From the NCBI RefSeq assembly GCF_006345805.1, contig NC_043003.1, positions 109,616,001 through 109,680,000 on the forward strand: DNA of 64,000 bases, read 5' to 3'. Of this stretch, positions 1-11,885 are shown piece after piece. A program made the position numbers and the translations under genes. Under the pieces are notes generated by a model. That model did no database searches and was not told the origin of the DNA. It saw only the letters and a program-made list of their open reading frames with translations. The stretch comes from Octopus sinensis. Taxonomy: Eukaryota. The first letter of the stretch is position 1. Each line of letters opens with the position of its first letter.

Positions 1-426
1 AAGGTTAGCTCTTGCGTCTGAGCAAAACGCCTTTGGACAGTGAGTAAGACAGTTGGTGTCGTCCCGTCAACGGATTGCCTCTCTGGCCTTCCATGCCAAG
101 TACCAAATGGTGCACAAGACTGCAACGAGCATGGTCGACAATGGGGTTGTCTCACAGTAGCAGCTCACTTGATAGTTGACGTCCAACCATTGTTTGATGT
201 CCGCTTTAACCTTTGATATAGGACACCACCGCCTTGTAGGTTATCCGACGTCTTCATCGTATCCCTGGCCCAGGCGGTTAAGGGGTTGATGGCAATTGCC
301 TAACTGATTACCTCAATCTACGGAGAGAAGGTTTGACTTACTGTCCCCTTCACGGATTGCCACTGATGCAGTTGCTGTAGCATGCCTTTAGGAGAAATGC
401 CTTTGGTAAAAAGGATTATTATTACT
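1..426 (+). mobile_element. Probable 3' end of a decayed L1/Tx1-clade LINE, ending in an (ATT)n tail
   Basis: Frameshifted + translations give 'C(V*)AKRLW' and 'AKYQ..WCTRL'. These resemble the post-zinc-knuckle C-terminus 'AKEVVWTRL' of the Tx1 copy at 12570-14170. The GC-richer segment ends in ggattattattac. Confidence 0.35.
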
Positions 427-1084
427 TTTCTAGTTGTGAACATTATTGTATTATACGAAAGCGTAAAACAGAACATCCCCAGCAGATATAAATATCAAAG
501 TAAGTAATGCAATATGATGGAAAGAGAATTAAAAAGAAAAAGGAAAAAAAAACAAAAACAAACAACAACATGTAGGTTAGCTTTCTTAGACAAGAAATAA
601 GAAGAAAGAGAAAGCTAGAATGAAGAAGAAGAGAAGTAGAAGCGAGAAGTAGAGAAAACGAAATGTGTAGCAGAGATAGGTAGATTGAGGTAAATATAGA
701 GAAAAGAAAAGGGTAAAATTATGTAAACGTAAATACATACATACATACATACATACATACATGTGTATATATGAAAAGGGAGAGAGAGAGAATAAGAACA
801 ACGAATGAAAGAGAGGCAGGAGAAAGTTGGGGTGTAGAACGATATAGAAAAAATGTAATAAAAGTAAGAACATCCCTTTTAGATATTCATATCAGCGAAA
901 TGAAAATTCCATCATATCTATTACTGCATTAATGTGATAATAGCTATATATATATATACACCTATATATATATATATATACACCTATATATATATATTCA
1001 CATATATGCATCTTTATCCTTCTCTCTCCCTTTTCCCTCCATCTTTATATCTCTCTGTCTCTCTCTTCTCTATATGAAAGCGAA

Positions 1085-1131
1085 TGATGTTAATGATAAC
1101 GATGATGGTGGCGATGATGAGGATGATGATG

Positions 1132-1170
<39 letters not shown>

Positions 1171-1180
1171 GTGATGATGG

Positions 1181-1232
<52 letters not shown>

Positions 1233-1325
1233 AATGATGATGATGATGATGGTGGTGGTGCTGATAATGAAGATGATGATGATGATGATGGTGGTGGTGC
1301 TGATAATGAAGATGATGATGATGAC
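1085..1325. repeat. (GAT)n trinucleotide microsatellite with a duplicated internal variant unit (GGTGGTGGTGCTGATAATGAAGAT)
   Basis: Read directly from the sequence. It explains the poly-D, poly-S and poly-M ORFs at 1070-1430. Confidence 0.95.
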
Positions 1326-2063
1326 CAGGTCTGCGCTAATGATGGAGTACGATATAAATCATCTAAGTTGATAGCAGTCATTTCACATAGTTTTCTAATA
1401 CTATTGACCCCACTTCTCCCACACAGATGAAAGGTGAACTCAGCCTATGACCTTTTCATAAGGTTGTAGGTAAGTGATGGAAATAAAAAGAATGTTGGCT
1501 TAATAGGTTGAAAGAAAAAACGGTGGTAGCTGAGAAAGACGACATGGTAATATTATGAATCGCTGTTGTGGATAATGAGACCCAACTAGGTGGGAACCAC
1601 GATCCCTCAATTGTAAACTGTTGTTGATGCTTTTGTTTTGCCCCAGATCAACATTGTTCGAGAAGACCTAAGTTCGAAGGTATTTCGGCTGAGATCAGCC
1701 TTCTTTTTCTTCATATTGGAATCGAAAGTAACTTGTTTCCACTGCCCGCAAGAAGTCGCTTTAAAGTGAATAACTAGTTTTAAATAGAATTCTAGAAAGG
1801 TGACTCTAAGTGGTAAGCTGGACGTGTCAGAAATAACAGTCTAATCTGACTCGTATCATACTCTACCGTTTTATCATTGGAAGGATAACTTCGAAAATAT
1901 GTCCCCGTAATATAGGAAAGACGGAATGGTCATAGCTGGAATATCATTGATCATAGGTATTTTCGGCAAAGAAGACCGGGGGTTAAACAACAACAGCAGA
2001 AGCAGTAGTAGCAACAACTGTAGCAACGGTAACCTCAACCACAGCAACAACAGCAGCAGCAAC

Positions 2064-2457
2064 CAGCGGACTCGCGGTCGGAGGATCGCGGTTTCGATTC
2101 CCAGACCGGGCGTTGTGTGTGTGTTGATTGAGCGAAAACACCTAAACCTCCACGAGGCTCCGGCAGGGGGTGGTGGCGACCCCTGTTGTACTCTTTCGCT
2201 CCAACTTTCTCTCACTCTTTCTTCCTGTTTCTTGTCCCCGACTTCCTACGCAACTGCTGAGCCTGGATGCGCATTCATTCATCCATCCGTTGATGCTCTC
2301 GGTGTCAGGGGTTGATCTGCTCTCTCTTCTGCGGGTCTTACGAATAGCAAAGGACCACGTTTCGGACTTCTCCCATCTTGCGAGCTCTGGGACGAAGACC
2401 GTTCGCTCAACACCAACAACAACAACAACAGCAACAACGACGACGACGACGACGACT
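2064..2457 (+). mobile_element. tRNA(Arg)-derived SINE, head/core type H1, tail type T1, (AAC)n end; slightly 5' truncated
   Basis: cagcggactcgcggtc..ggatcgcggtttcgattcccagacc (B box) and core gagcgaaaacacctaa..ctccacgaggctccggcagg are shared with 62362, 55581 and 38145. The 3' part is unique to this copy. Confidence 0.8.
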
Positions 2458-2559
2458 TAACTATAAACGGAATCTCGATGATTCTCCTCGGAGTTATTGG
2501 AACAATCGATGTTTAAGAAGACATTATGAATTCTCCCAGTATTTTCTATTCTTTTGAAA

Positions 2560-2900
2560 AGGACAAAGAGAATTTATTGATAAGATAATTAAAGACAAAT
2601 ACAATTCATTGCTTAATAGAATTTATAGGTTAAGATACTTATAACAAGTAGATATTTTAATGTGCTGAAGTCATACGAAATAACAAACTTGACAACGTTC
2701 ACTGAATCTATTGTTGGTAATTCGTGTTCCTCGCCTAATTTATCCGATATTAAATTGAACTTAATAGTCGAAGATGGCTTGCTACATATCTCTATAAAGT
2801 AATTTTAGTATATTTTGCGACTTAAGTATCAAAATATCTGCAAGAGTAGTCTGAAATGTTTGGAATATAGTTTGCTCAGAAACTTGGTTTTCATTGTCTT
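2560..2900 (-). pseudogene. Decayed Penelope-like (Naiad-type) reverse transcriptase fragment, motif A region
   Basis: A minus frame reads 'KTKFLSKLYSKHFRLL...TIDSVNVVKFVISYDFSTL'. SYDFSTL lies at 2658-2678 and matches the PLE RT motif A consensus (T/S)(F/Y)DFSTLY as I recall it. Internal stops are present. Confidence 0.45.
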
Positions 2901-2929
2901 TTTGTAACCGAGGATGGTTGCATCATTTT

Positions 2930-3130
2930 TATTTATTTCAGCCATTAAACTGCAGTCGTGTCGGGTCACCGCCTTGAAGGATGTTAGTCGAAGGAGTCGG
3001 TCCTAGCTGCTTACTTTTAAAGCCTGGCGATTATTCTGTTGGTCTCTTTTGCCGAATGGTTAAGTTACGGGGACGTAAACAAACCAGCACCGGTATCAAC
3101 CGACCGTAGGGAACAAACACAAACACAAAG
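2930..3130 (-). mobile_element. 3' half (T5 module) of the microsatellite-containing SINE family
   Basis: Reverse complement of tgtttgt..ggtttgtttacgtccccgtaactta..ggcaaaagagacc..gaataa..ggcggtg..gactgcag, matching 19660-19866. Confidence 0.75.
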
Positions 3131-3284
3131 ACATACATATGTACATAATACTTAGATACATACATAATACATACATGCATACATACATACATGCATGCGT
3201 ACATGTCTGCATACATACATGCAAGCATGCATGCATACGTACATACCTGGACACACATATGTATGTATGTGTATATCTATCTAC

Positions 3285-3335
<51 letters not shown>

Positions 3336-3363
3336 CTATCTATCTATCTATCCATCTATCTAC

Positions 3364-3426
<63 letters not shown>

Positions 3427-3428
3427 AA

Positions 3429-3497
<69 letters not shown>

Positions 3498-3518
3498 GTC
3501 TATCTGTCTGTCTGTCTC

Positions 3519-3562
<44 letters not shown>
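3130..3562. repeat. Compound (CATA/CATG)n-(CTAT)n tetranucleotide microsatellite
   Basis: Read directly; source of the 'IYLS' ORFs. Confidence 0.95.
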
Positions 3563-3563
<1 letters not shown>

Positions 3564-3574
3564 TCTTTTCCTTT

Positions 3575-3805
3575 TATTCGTTTCAGTAATTTTGACTGCG
3601 GCCATGTTGGAGCACCGCCTTTAGTCGATCAAATCGACCCCAGGACTTATTCTTTGGAAGCCTAGTATTTATTCTATCGGACTCTTATGCCGAAGCACTA
3701 AGTTACGGGGACGTAAACACACCAGCATCGATGTCAAGCGACGTTGGGACACATACACACACACAAACATACCCCACCATATATATATGTGTATATACGA
3801 CGGGC
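3575..3805 (-). mobile_element. 5'-truncated copy of the microsatellite-containing SINE (T5 tail plus the end of the core)
   Basis: ttcgtttcagt..tttgactgcggccatg.tggagcaccgcctttagtcga...acgacgggcctctttc is the reverse complement of the family seen at 19393. Confidence 0.8.
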
Positions 3806-3894
3806 CTCTTTCAAGCGACGGTGCAGGACAAATACAAACACAAATGCGTGTCTGTATATATATGTATATGTATGTGTGTGCCTGTATATTTTTG

Positions 3895-4085
3895 CTATAG
3901 TCACCGCTCGACAACCAGTGCACCGGTGTTACTTTGTTTATGTCCTCATAACTTAGCGGCTCGGAAAAAGAGACCGATAGAAGTAGCAGATTTAGAAATA
4001 ACAACTGGGGTCGATTTATTCGATTAAACTATTCAGGGTGGTGCCTCAGCATGACCTTAGTCCAATAATTGGAACAATTGAAAAT
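3895..4085 (+). mobile_element. T5 SINE 3' half, back-to-back with the minus copy at 3575-3805
   Basis: caccgctcgacaacc..ttatgtcctcataacttagcggctcggaaaaagagaccgatagaa..ggggtcgattt..ggtggtgcctcagcatgacc..aatggaacaa. Confidence 0.7.
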
Positions 4086-5212
4086 GAAAAAAACAAAAAA
4101 CAAAAACAAACAAATAGATGAAGAGTAGGTTTGCTCAGTCAGGACAAACAAAGGAATAATAAAACAACAGCATTAAAGCAAAGTCCCTCAAGTATTTATT
4201 GTTTAAATGTTGTCTGTTACATTTCGTTGTTGATTATCATTAAAACTCTATGTTGCTTATGAATGGCAGTTGAAAACAGTTCTGGCAAGAATACAACAAT
4301 GTTGAAAGGGTTATTATATCAGCCTTCATTGATAAAAAATACATGTATACTACTTTAAATCTTTAGAAATTTTTATTTTTTATTTTGCTTTAAGCTAAAT
4401 ACAACGTATTTTCGTTATGGTGAAAGAGAAAAGAGTGTGGAGTAATAGTTAAGAATGTTCTTTATGTATAATACGAAAATATGGTTTTGAGATTTTGAAA
4501 TCTTCGTTTCATAAATCATCAAAATTTAACAGAAAAATAAGAATGATAAAATTGAAAGAAAAAACAAAAAACAAAAACAAACAAAGACTCTGTGGCAAGG
4601 TGCCCAAAACTTCAGACTGTTAAGATATTTTTGTGCCGAAAGTGGCCAGTTGTTGGTAATTTGAAATTCGTATTAGTTTTTAAAACTTTACCCCATTGTG
4701 CCTAAGATTTATGTGCACACGCATACGCACACATAAATGCATGCATGCATGTATGTATGTATGTATGTATGTATGTATGTATGTATGTATGTATGTATGT
4801 CTATATGTATCTTTCTCTCCATATATATATATATACATACATACCAACCTAAAGTTATAGAACAAACAAATGCAAGGTCATCCGCATAGCATTTCATAAT
4901 TCGAACATTTAATCATAGAATATACATATAAACATCCCGCAAGATGGAACATAATTCATCTGTACAAGCATACAAGCATATAATAATAATAATAAGGTGC
5001 GAGAAAAAAATTTTTCATCACAGTTTAGAGTTAATACTTTAGCGATTCAGAAAAATACATTTTTTAAAAACATTTGTTTCTTCAATAACTTTAGTTTGAT
5101 ATTTTTGTCTCTTTCAATAGAGCACTTCTATAGCAGTCCTATAAATCTTTTTGTTCCTGACAAGAAACAATCACTGAATTATTGATATTGATATACATAC
5201 ATACATACATAC

Positions 5213-5374
5213 ATTAGCCACATTTTTCTCTCCTTGTTTTTTCTGTGTCCCTTTCTGTAGAAGAGCGTAGGCTCGAAACGCAAAAGACTTTTTCTATTCC
5301 TGAGCGTTATACTAATACATCTGTTTGTTTTGTACACCACCTGTTTTCGTCTTTTGTTTTTTTCCGTAAGCTCT

Positions 5375-5375
<1 letters not shown>
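5213..5375 (+). mobile_element. Penelope-like element terminal (pLTR) fragment carrying a minimal hammerhead-like motif
   Basis: ctttCTGTAGAa-GAGC-gtag-GCTC-GAAACGcA-aaag at 5251-5286. The fragment lies between (CATA)n and (TA)n microsatellites. Confidence 0.5.
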
Positions 5376-5454
<79 letters not shown>

Positions 5455-5701
5455 GTGTGTGTGTGTGTATGCATATATCTATAAGAAAAAGAGATGACAG
5501 GAAAAGCGATGTTTATACTATGAACTTTATAACATATTCATGAAGTTTTTCTTGTGTTATCACTTTTTCTTATTACCGCTCAAAGCTTTATTTTGAAGCA
5601 TACATGTATTGAGTTCTACACTAAGTCAATAGTTTTGCAACCCCAAAGCGAAATATCAAAAAACAAACATACACACACACGCACACATATGTATATATTA
5701 T

Positions 5702-5816
<115 letters not shown>

Positions 5817-6289
5817 GTGTGTGTGTGTGTGTATGTGTGTACGTGTGTATGTGTGTGTGCATGTGTGCCTGTGGACATAGCGTGGAGGAAAGAAGAATCA
5901 CGAGTAAGACTGTAGTATCTGAGCAGAAGGGTCACGAGTCCAACCAACCCCAAGGTGCAGAAGCATTTATATCAGCAGTGGAAAGGTAGAGAGAGGAGAC
6001 ACCTGTGGGTCAGAGGGCGGATCGTGGGTGAGAGTTACTTCGTACTAATCAGTCAAGTGAACTTTTTTCCGGGTGCTGTCTGTGATGAGAACGTGAGCAG
6101 TAATAACATCGCTCTAGATGTGAGAGTAATCGCACTGCTGTAGGTCTCCCTTACTTTTGTAGAAATGGTTTTAAGATTGATCATCGATATAAAATTGATC
6201 ACAAACAACAACATTGAGAACAACGATAATGTTTTCTAAGGCACGAGTTCACAGATAGTCAAGCTAATATGGCAGTCCATAAATATAGG

Positions 6290-6540
6290 ACGAAAGCTGC
6301 CGTTGATTAGCTCCAAGAGGCCATCGCCTCTAGCTAGCTATATGACACTCGAACCTATGTCCGTTATAACCTTCGAACAGGGGAGGTCAGCCGCTTCCCC
6401 TTGCTGGTCAGGCATCTGCAGACATGTTTCCAATGGGTCACACCTTATCGATTCTGGATAGATGAAAGGCAGACTGAGCTAGCCAGCATTTGACATCAAA
6501 CTGTAAAAGAACGTAACAAAATACTAAACGGATAGTTTAT
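6290..6540 (-). mobile_element. Diverged Nin/Deu-domain SINE with a distinct 3' tail
   Basis: Minus strand reads tgatgtcaaatgctggctagctcagtctgcctttcatctatccagaatcgataa (degenerate Nin core), followed by a tail not seen in the other copies. Confidence 0.5.
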
Positions 6541-7344
6541 GTCTGGATATATATCGATATGTAGTTTGTTCAATTGTTAAAAATAGTAACTAAATCTCTC
6601 TGAAGTCACTTCTTACCATTTTAATAGATAAAATAGTTGTTTGTGTGTGTAATATTCTACTTGTAAAGAACGAAATGGTGAAAGCCGCTGTTCGATCAGG
6701 ATTAACCTGGGGTTATATGTAGGACATCTTATAAAGTTAAATTTTGTTCTTTGCACTAAATATTTCCTTCAATGAGCGCAGATAAAGTAAAATCAAATAT
6801 TTCTGTCTATTTTATTTTACGTCGCAGTATTCATAAATATCATGTTGAATGTTGTGCATGATGCACGAATTAATTTGATATACATTAAAATCCAGCGTGC
6901 ACACAAGAACAACCCACTCATCTACCTACCCACATACAGGCACACACGCGCATGCATACACACACACAAACACGCTCACACCCTCATCGCTTTTTGTTTC
7001 ATTGTTATCTGTAAGGGGAAACCTTAACTCGATAAGCTGCTAATTTAGGATGATAAACACCGCCGAGAGGACAAATATTAACATGGTATTTAGCTATAGA
7101 CGGATATAACTTTATTTTATCAAATAGCATTAATCTTGAAAGGTATTTAATATTGATATTACTGAATACCTTGATAATACAACAAACAAAAATTGTTATT
7201 CCATAAAGGGAGAGAAGAAGGTTGCATAAAGTTGTTCATTATCATAATTAAAAGTCAGTAACTTCAAAGATATTTTACATTACATATAGAAAAAGATTAA
7301 TATTAATATTTAGAAAAAACAACAAAATTTCATATGGTATAAAC

Positions 7345-7560
7345 CTTTCTGTAGTTTAGATCTGTTTATACTCTATACATCTGCACTTAATTTATGCGTA
7401 CATCTGTATGTAATCTATATGGAGATCTGAAGGTTGTGCTAGTTGTAGATAGAAATTTTCACTTTTTTTGAATAACTATGCAGTCCAAATTTGCTAAATC
7501 TCAAAAGTAAGCATTTTCCTCCGAATACTATGAATTTCACGGAACATTTAACAAAACGTG
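7345..7560 (+). repeat. Dispersed repeat, copy 1 of 3 (also 17232-17545 and 20190-20440); candidate pLTR of the adjacent Penelope-like relic
   Basis: Shared string catctgca.ttaatttat..gtacatctgt..taatctatatggagatctgaag.tg..gctagttgtaga. This copy lies directly upstream of the GIY-YIG relic. Confidence 0.6.
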
Positions 7561-7676
7561 CTTAGGCATTTTACAGTTGCATAAAAAAAAATCGATCGCT
7601 ACTTCCAATACATACAAGAAAAATCGTCCGGGTACGATTACGCAGAACTCTTCTTTTCTGTGTAATTCTAAGAAAC

Positions 7677-8040
7677 TTGCCTGCTGCAGTATTTTTTTTA
7701 TTTGTTCATTGTGTTAAAATCACACTTGCAGACAGCAGTGAAGCAAAAAGTTACGTAACGTTAGCTGGAAGTCCCTTTAAAACAAAATTTACAGAAGAAA
7801 TGTATACATTTAGGCGCCTGGGAAGGTGCTACACCGCTTTGCAACTGATGTTCATTTGGAGTCTAGAGGGTGAAAACGTTTTACTGAGGATTTCTGATAT
7901 ATCCACTACACTTAACTGCAGAAAGCAGTTTTATCGACTATCTACCTTTTGCTGAGGAATTTGTTGCTGGAACTATTTTTTGTCGAGATATGTCAAGTTT
8001 GTTGATACAACATAACTTGCTGAAAATAACAATTCTATTT
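7677..8040 (+). pseudogene. Decayed GIY-YIG endonuclease of a C-terminal-EN Penelope-like element
   Basis: ORF 7677-7955 'KSYVTLAGSPFKTKFTEEMYTFRRLGRCYTALQLMFIWSLEGENV' aligns by eye to the PLE EN pattern 'K.YIGLTE..FK.RY.NH..SF......T.LSK.IW.LK..N'. Confidence 0.6.
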
Positions 8041-8490
8041 TTTTGGTAGATATCTAACATCATTACTGGAATAACTACGAATTTTAATTTCGCAGTTTAA
8101 GAGTTACGTATTATAAAATCGGTCTGTCGATTTTATAAAAATCGTTTTAGCAACCATGGTCCTAATCTTCCGAATAAGATTCTTTAAAAGATTTTTGCTA
8201 GTTTGACCAGAACAGTCGGAATAAGTGAATACTTTTACCGGCACTTTTTCACAAATTTCCATCTAAAATTATTGTTTCCTACATAGACTTACCTTATCTG
8301 AATGGTAATGCATAAATAGATATTTAATCAATTACAAAGAAATTTCGTTAACTATATCCTCTTTTCTTGCTTGCGTGTATTTTTCACACATCATGCAGAA
8401 CACATGAAACGCATGCATTTTCGAAAGTGATTAAATAAAGACATAACATATTCTGCTCATTAATATTGCTTAGATAAACATTCACATATA

Positions 8491-9690
8491 TAGGGCGCGT
8501 AAGATATTTGAGGACAGATTTACGTTTATATATAAATAAAAAAAAACATATAATAACAGATAATAACTTTATTTATCAAAAACTGTTATGAGGATAAAAA
8601 TAAACCTTCTTTTCTATAATGTTATTCAATAAAGCCACCTTCAGCTTCAACAACTGCTTCTATATGAGAACTAAATCATCTACATGCACGGATCAAGTGG
8701 TCCTGGTTCATTTTGGACATTAATCTGACTATGGAAGCTTCCAAAGAATTTTGGGTGTTATGGGCGTGTTAACTGACTTCTTTCTCAACAATGCTCCACA
8801 TGTAATAGTCCAATGGATTGAGAGCTGGGGAGGTCAAATGTTTGGGGTTATGGGATCATGAAAATTTTCAACCATCCATTCCTCTGTTACTAGAGCCATG
8901 TGTGATAGTGCCGAGTCTTACTGAAACATATATGGCCTTCTACTACATACATTGTCTATACAGGCCTTAACAATTATTTCCAGGCCCTCAATGTAGACGG
9001 TAGTGTTAACTCTAAGGCCTTGTGGAAAGAAGTAAGGAGGCATCAATGGTCCTTCATTGCTGTCAACCCCTAAAACCATGACAGTTGCAGGAAAGTTTGT
9101 ATGCATAACACCTGGAACTTCAGAAGGGTTGGCACATAACCATCTGTCATTTCTTCTTTTTGATCATGGTCGAAATTTTTCTCGTTTGAGAAAAACCAAA
9201 TCAAATCTGCTGGATTTTTCAGTTTGTTTAAGAGCCTTTTAGATCTGATGTAGTGACTTTCTTTTGCTTTTTCTGACAAATTGACCTTTCTTCATCTTAT
9301 AAGACATATCTGATGTCTTCGTGAACAACATTTCTGACTGTTTCTTCTAACACATGGAAATCTTTTGCAATTAACGTCATGGACTTTCTGGGATTATAAT
9401 CAATGATCTGTTTAAATTGTTGGAATAAATTCAGGTGTTCTGATGATTTCAGAGCGTTTACAATGCTTTCTATACTTTGATATCGGCGATACGCTTCCAT
9501 CTTCAGTCTCTAGCTTGTAGATGAAATATATGCTAACTTTTAAAAATCGAGATATTTCTAAATCGCTGTGCTCAGCCTTTATAACCACAATAACAGCATG
9601 CCTCTTCATTTCTTGGGTAAGCTGAGAGTTTGCCATTATTATTTTCTGAAACAAAGATTAGACAGAGTTAGCAAAAATGCAGCAATGACC
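8491..9690 (-). mobile_element. Decayed Tc1/mariner transposon, DD37D (maT)-like
   Basis: Frameshifted ORFs 9412-9654, 9297-9500, 9070-9279 and 8918-9106 give an HTH region, 'WFFSNEKNFD', 'VMVLGVDSNEG..MPPYFF', 'FQ*DSAPSH' and '..LNPLDYYMWS'. Restoring the SPDLNPLD motif, partly deleted here, gives 37 residues between the last two Asp. One terminus TA|tagggcgcg.. is at 8489-8491; the other end is lost. Confidence 0.85.
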
Positions 9691-9704
9691 AACAAAAAAG
9701 GTCT

Positions 9705-9835
9705 GTTCGGCATCTAGCAGCTCGCCTGCGACGGATCGGTGTCCCGTCCAGGTGGGAAACCTATAAGCCCATGAAACCGGGAAACCGGCCCTTATGAGCC
9801 AAGCATGCCTGGAGAAGGAACAAACAACAACAATC
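9705..9835 (+). mobile_element. Isolated SINE tail T4 with (AAC)n end
   Basis: catctagcagctcgcctg..cccgtccaggtgggaaacctataagcccatgaaaccgggaaaccggcccttatgagccaagcatg matches the tail of the SINE at 38145-38452. Confidence 0.8.
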
Positions 9836-10240
9836 AAACATATATGTACTATTGACTAATGTGGCCCTTTATACTTGCAGATATTTATCTTTATATGCTA
9901 TTGTATTGTTCCACTACATCAATCGTTAGAATAATCGTAGCATGGAGCTGGGGACTATGATTCAAGAAACTAGTTTTTGATAAAATCAATTCATAATATA
10001 CATACGTACATGCCTACATACATACACATACATTACATACATATATATTTTTTATACATGTATATACATATAAATGTATTACATACATATATATTTTTTA
10101 TACATGTATATACATATAAATGTATATATATATATATATATATATATAAATGTACATATGTGTGTGTATTTACTTGTGTATACAGACACACACACATACA
10201 TATGTATATAGATACATGCATCTATCTATCTATCTATCTA

Positions 10241-10309
<69 letters not shown>

Positions 10310-11110
10310 GTCTGTCTGTCTGTCTATCTATTTATTTATCTATCTATTTATCTATCTATCTATCTACCTATCTATCTATCTATATCTGTCTGTCTGTCTA
10401 TTTATCTATCTATCTATTTATCTATCTACAAATTTCCTCGTGATAAAACGCCGAATTAATTTGATATTTGATATTACTCAGATTTATTTCCTTTCCCCTT
10501 ATTCATTTTATTAATGTTTATCTTTGAAATATGAGTCGAGCATAAAAATTGCATTTATGAGGTCTCTTTACCGAACACATATCATAGTACTAAAATTCAT
10601 TGTCCATAGATTAAAAATGATATGAATATATATATTTAAAATGGAATAAGCAGAACAAAAGGAGACACGTGGGATAGAGAATTGCTGAAGTGGTCACATA
10701 ATGTGACGAAAACACTTTGACAAGAAAACTAAAAGAATAATAATAAAGTTAAGAAAAGTCCAGACATTTACTGCGTGTGCTCAAGTGATAAAATATGACC
10801 GTCCCCAAGTATAACAATATCACTTTGAACACACAATTTCACATCAAGACTTTTGCAAATCAAATCGATAAAAGTATGTATATATTCTTTTTTATGTATT
10901 TCAGCCCAAATTCTGCGGTCATGCTGGGGCACTGCCTGTATAATCACCTTTTCAATGACCATTCTTACATGGTTGGATTTTGGTGACAGAGGGAGTGATG
11001 GAGAAACTGTTTTGAGTTTCTTGCCGTGATGTAAGCTCATCTGGGACCTTGGTCAGGAGAGCAAGTTGTCATTGAAAGCAGCCACCCCTCCTTCATTCTT
11101 ACTGGAATTT

Positions 11111-11268
11111 CGTCCGTCTTTACGCTTTGAGTTCAAATTCTGCCGTAGTTGACTTTCCTTTCCATCCTTTCGGAGTCGATAAAAAAATACCAGTCAAGAA
11201 CTGGGGTTGATGTAATCGACTTGCCCTCGCCGCCCTGAAATTGCTGGCCTTGCGCCAAAATTTGAAAT
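11111..11268 (+). mobile_element. Nin/Deu-domain SINE, 3' part
   Basis: gagttcaaattctgccgtagttgactttcctttccatcctttcggagtcgataaa..accagt..ctggggttgatgtaatcgact. Confidence 0.8.
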
Positions 11269-11295
11269 CATCATCATCATCATCGTTATTATTAC

Positions 11296-11340
<45 letters not shown>

Positions 11341-11358
11341 CATCATTATTATTATTAT

Positions 11359-11885
11359 CTGCACTCGCATCTTTTCTCAAGAATTGTGGGGACTACAGTG
11401 AGGAACAAGAAAAGCGGTTCCATCAAGACATTTGTTCCGTGGAAACTCGATACCAGAGTAAATGGAATGTCAGCATGATGGTGGATTACTACTGGTCATT
11501 GAAATGTGATGGTCCCGATGCACAACACTAGTGGAAATCAAAAGGGTCCTCTTTCCTTTGAATCAATATGGAGGCTAATCATTAAGAGCATATCTTTTAC
11601 ATTCATTTTGTTTGATGATGATAATTCTGATTCATTTCATGTTGATTTGGAAAGCACATATTCTTAAAATTAAGAGAATGTGCTTTTCCTTGATTACTTG
11701 CTTTTAATAAAGTAACAATTTATTAAAAATTCACATTTTTTATTATCATTAATTTGTATTTTATTCAACATCCTTATGTTACAGAGCAAAATGGTTTAGA
11801 TATTTAAAATCAGCAACCCAAGAATATGTAACATCACATCCACGAATAGAAATATATAAAAAAAATTTCCAAATGCAGACCAGTG
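11359..11885 (+). mobile_element. 3' end of a CMC-superfamily (Chapaev3-like) DNA transposon
   Basis: LHSHL..F(L)KNCGDYSEEQEKRFHQDICSVETRYQSKWNVSMMVDYYWSLK matches the C-terminal motif HSHL.FFP.N.G..S.EQGERFHQDI..ME.RYQG.W...M.ADYCW.L. The element ends in ..gaccagtg (a CAC terminus on the reverse strand). The Chapaev3 label is from memory. Confidence 0.75.

Noticed and set aside
5880-6150. Possible L2/CR1-group LINE fragment on the minus strand
   Set aside because: Only faint motif echoes (YCS., LLRYY) across several frames, too weak to call.
10795-11030. Two-exon + strand peptide joined across gtatgt..tttcag
   Set aside because: The implied intron is only about 31 nt, too short to be credible, and there is no recognisable product.
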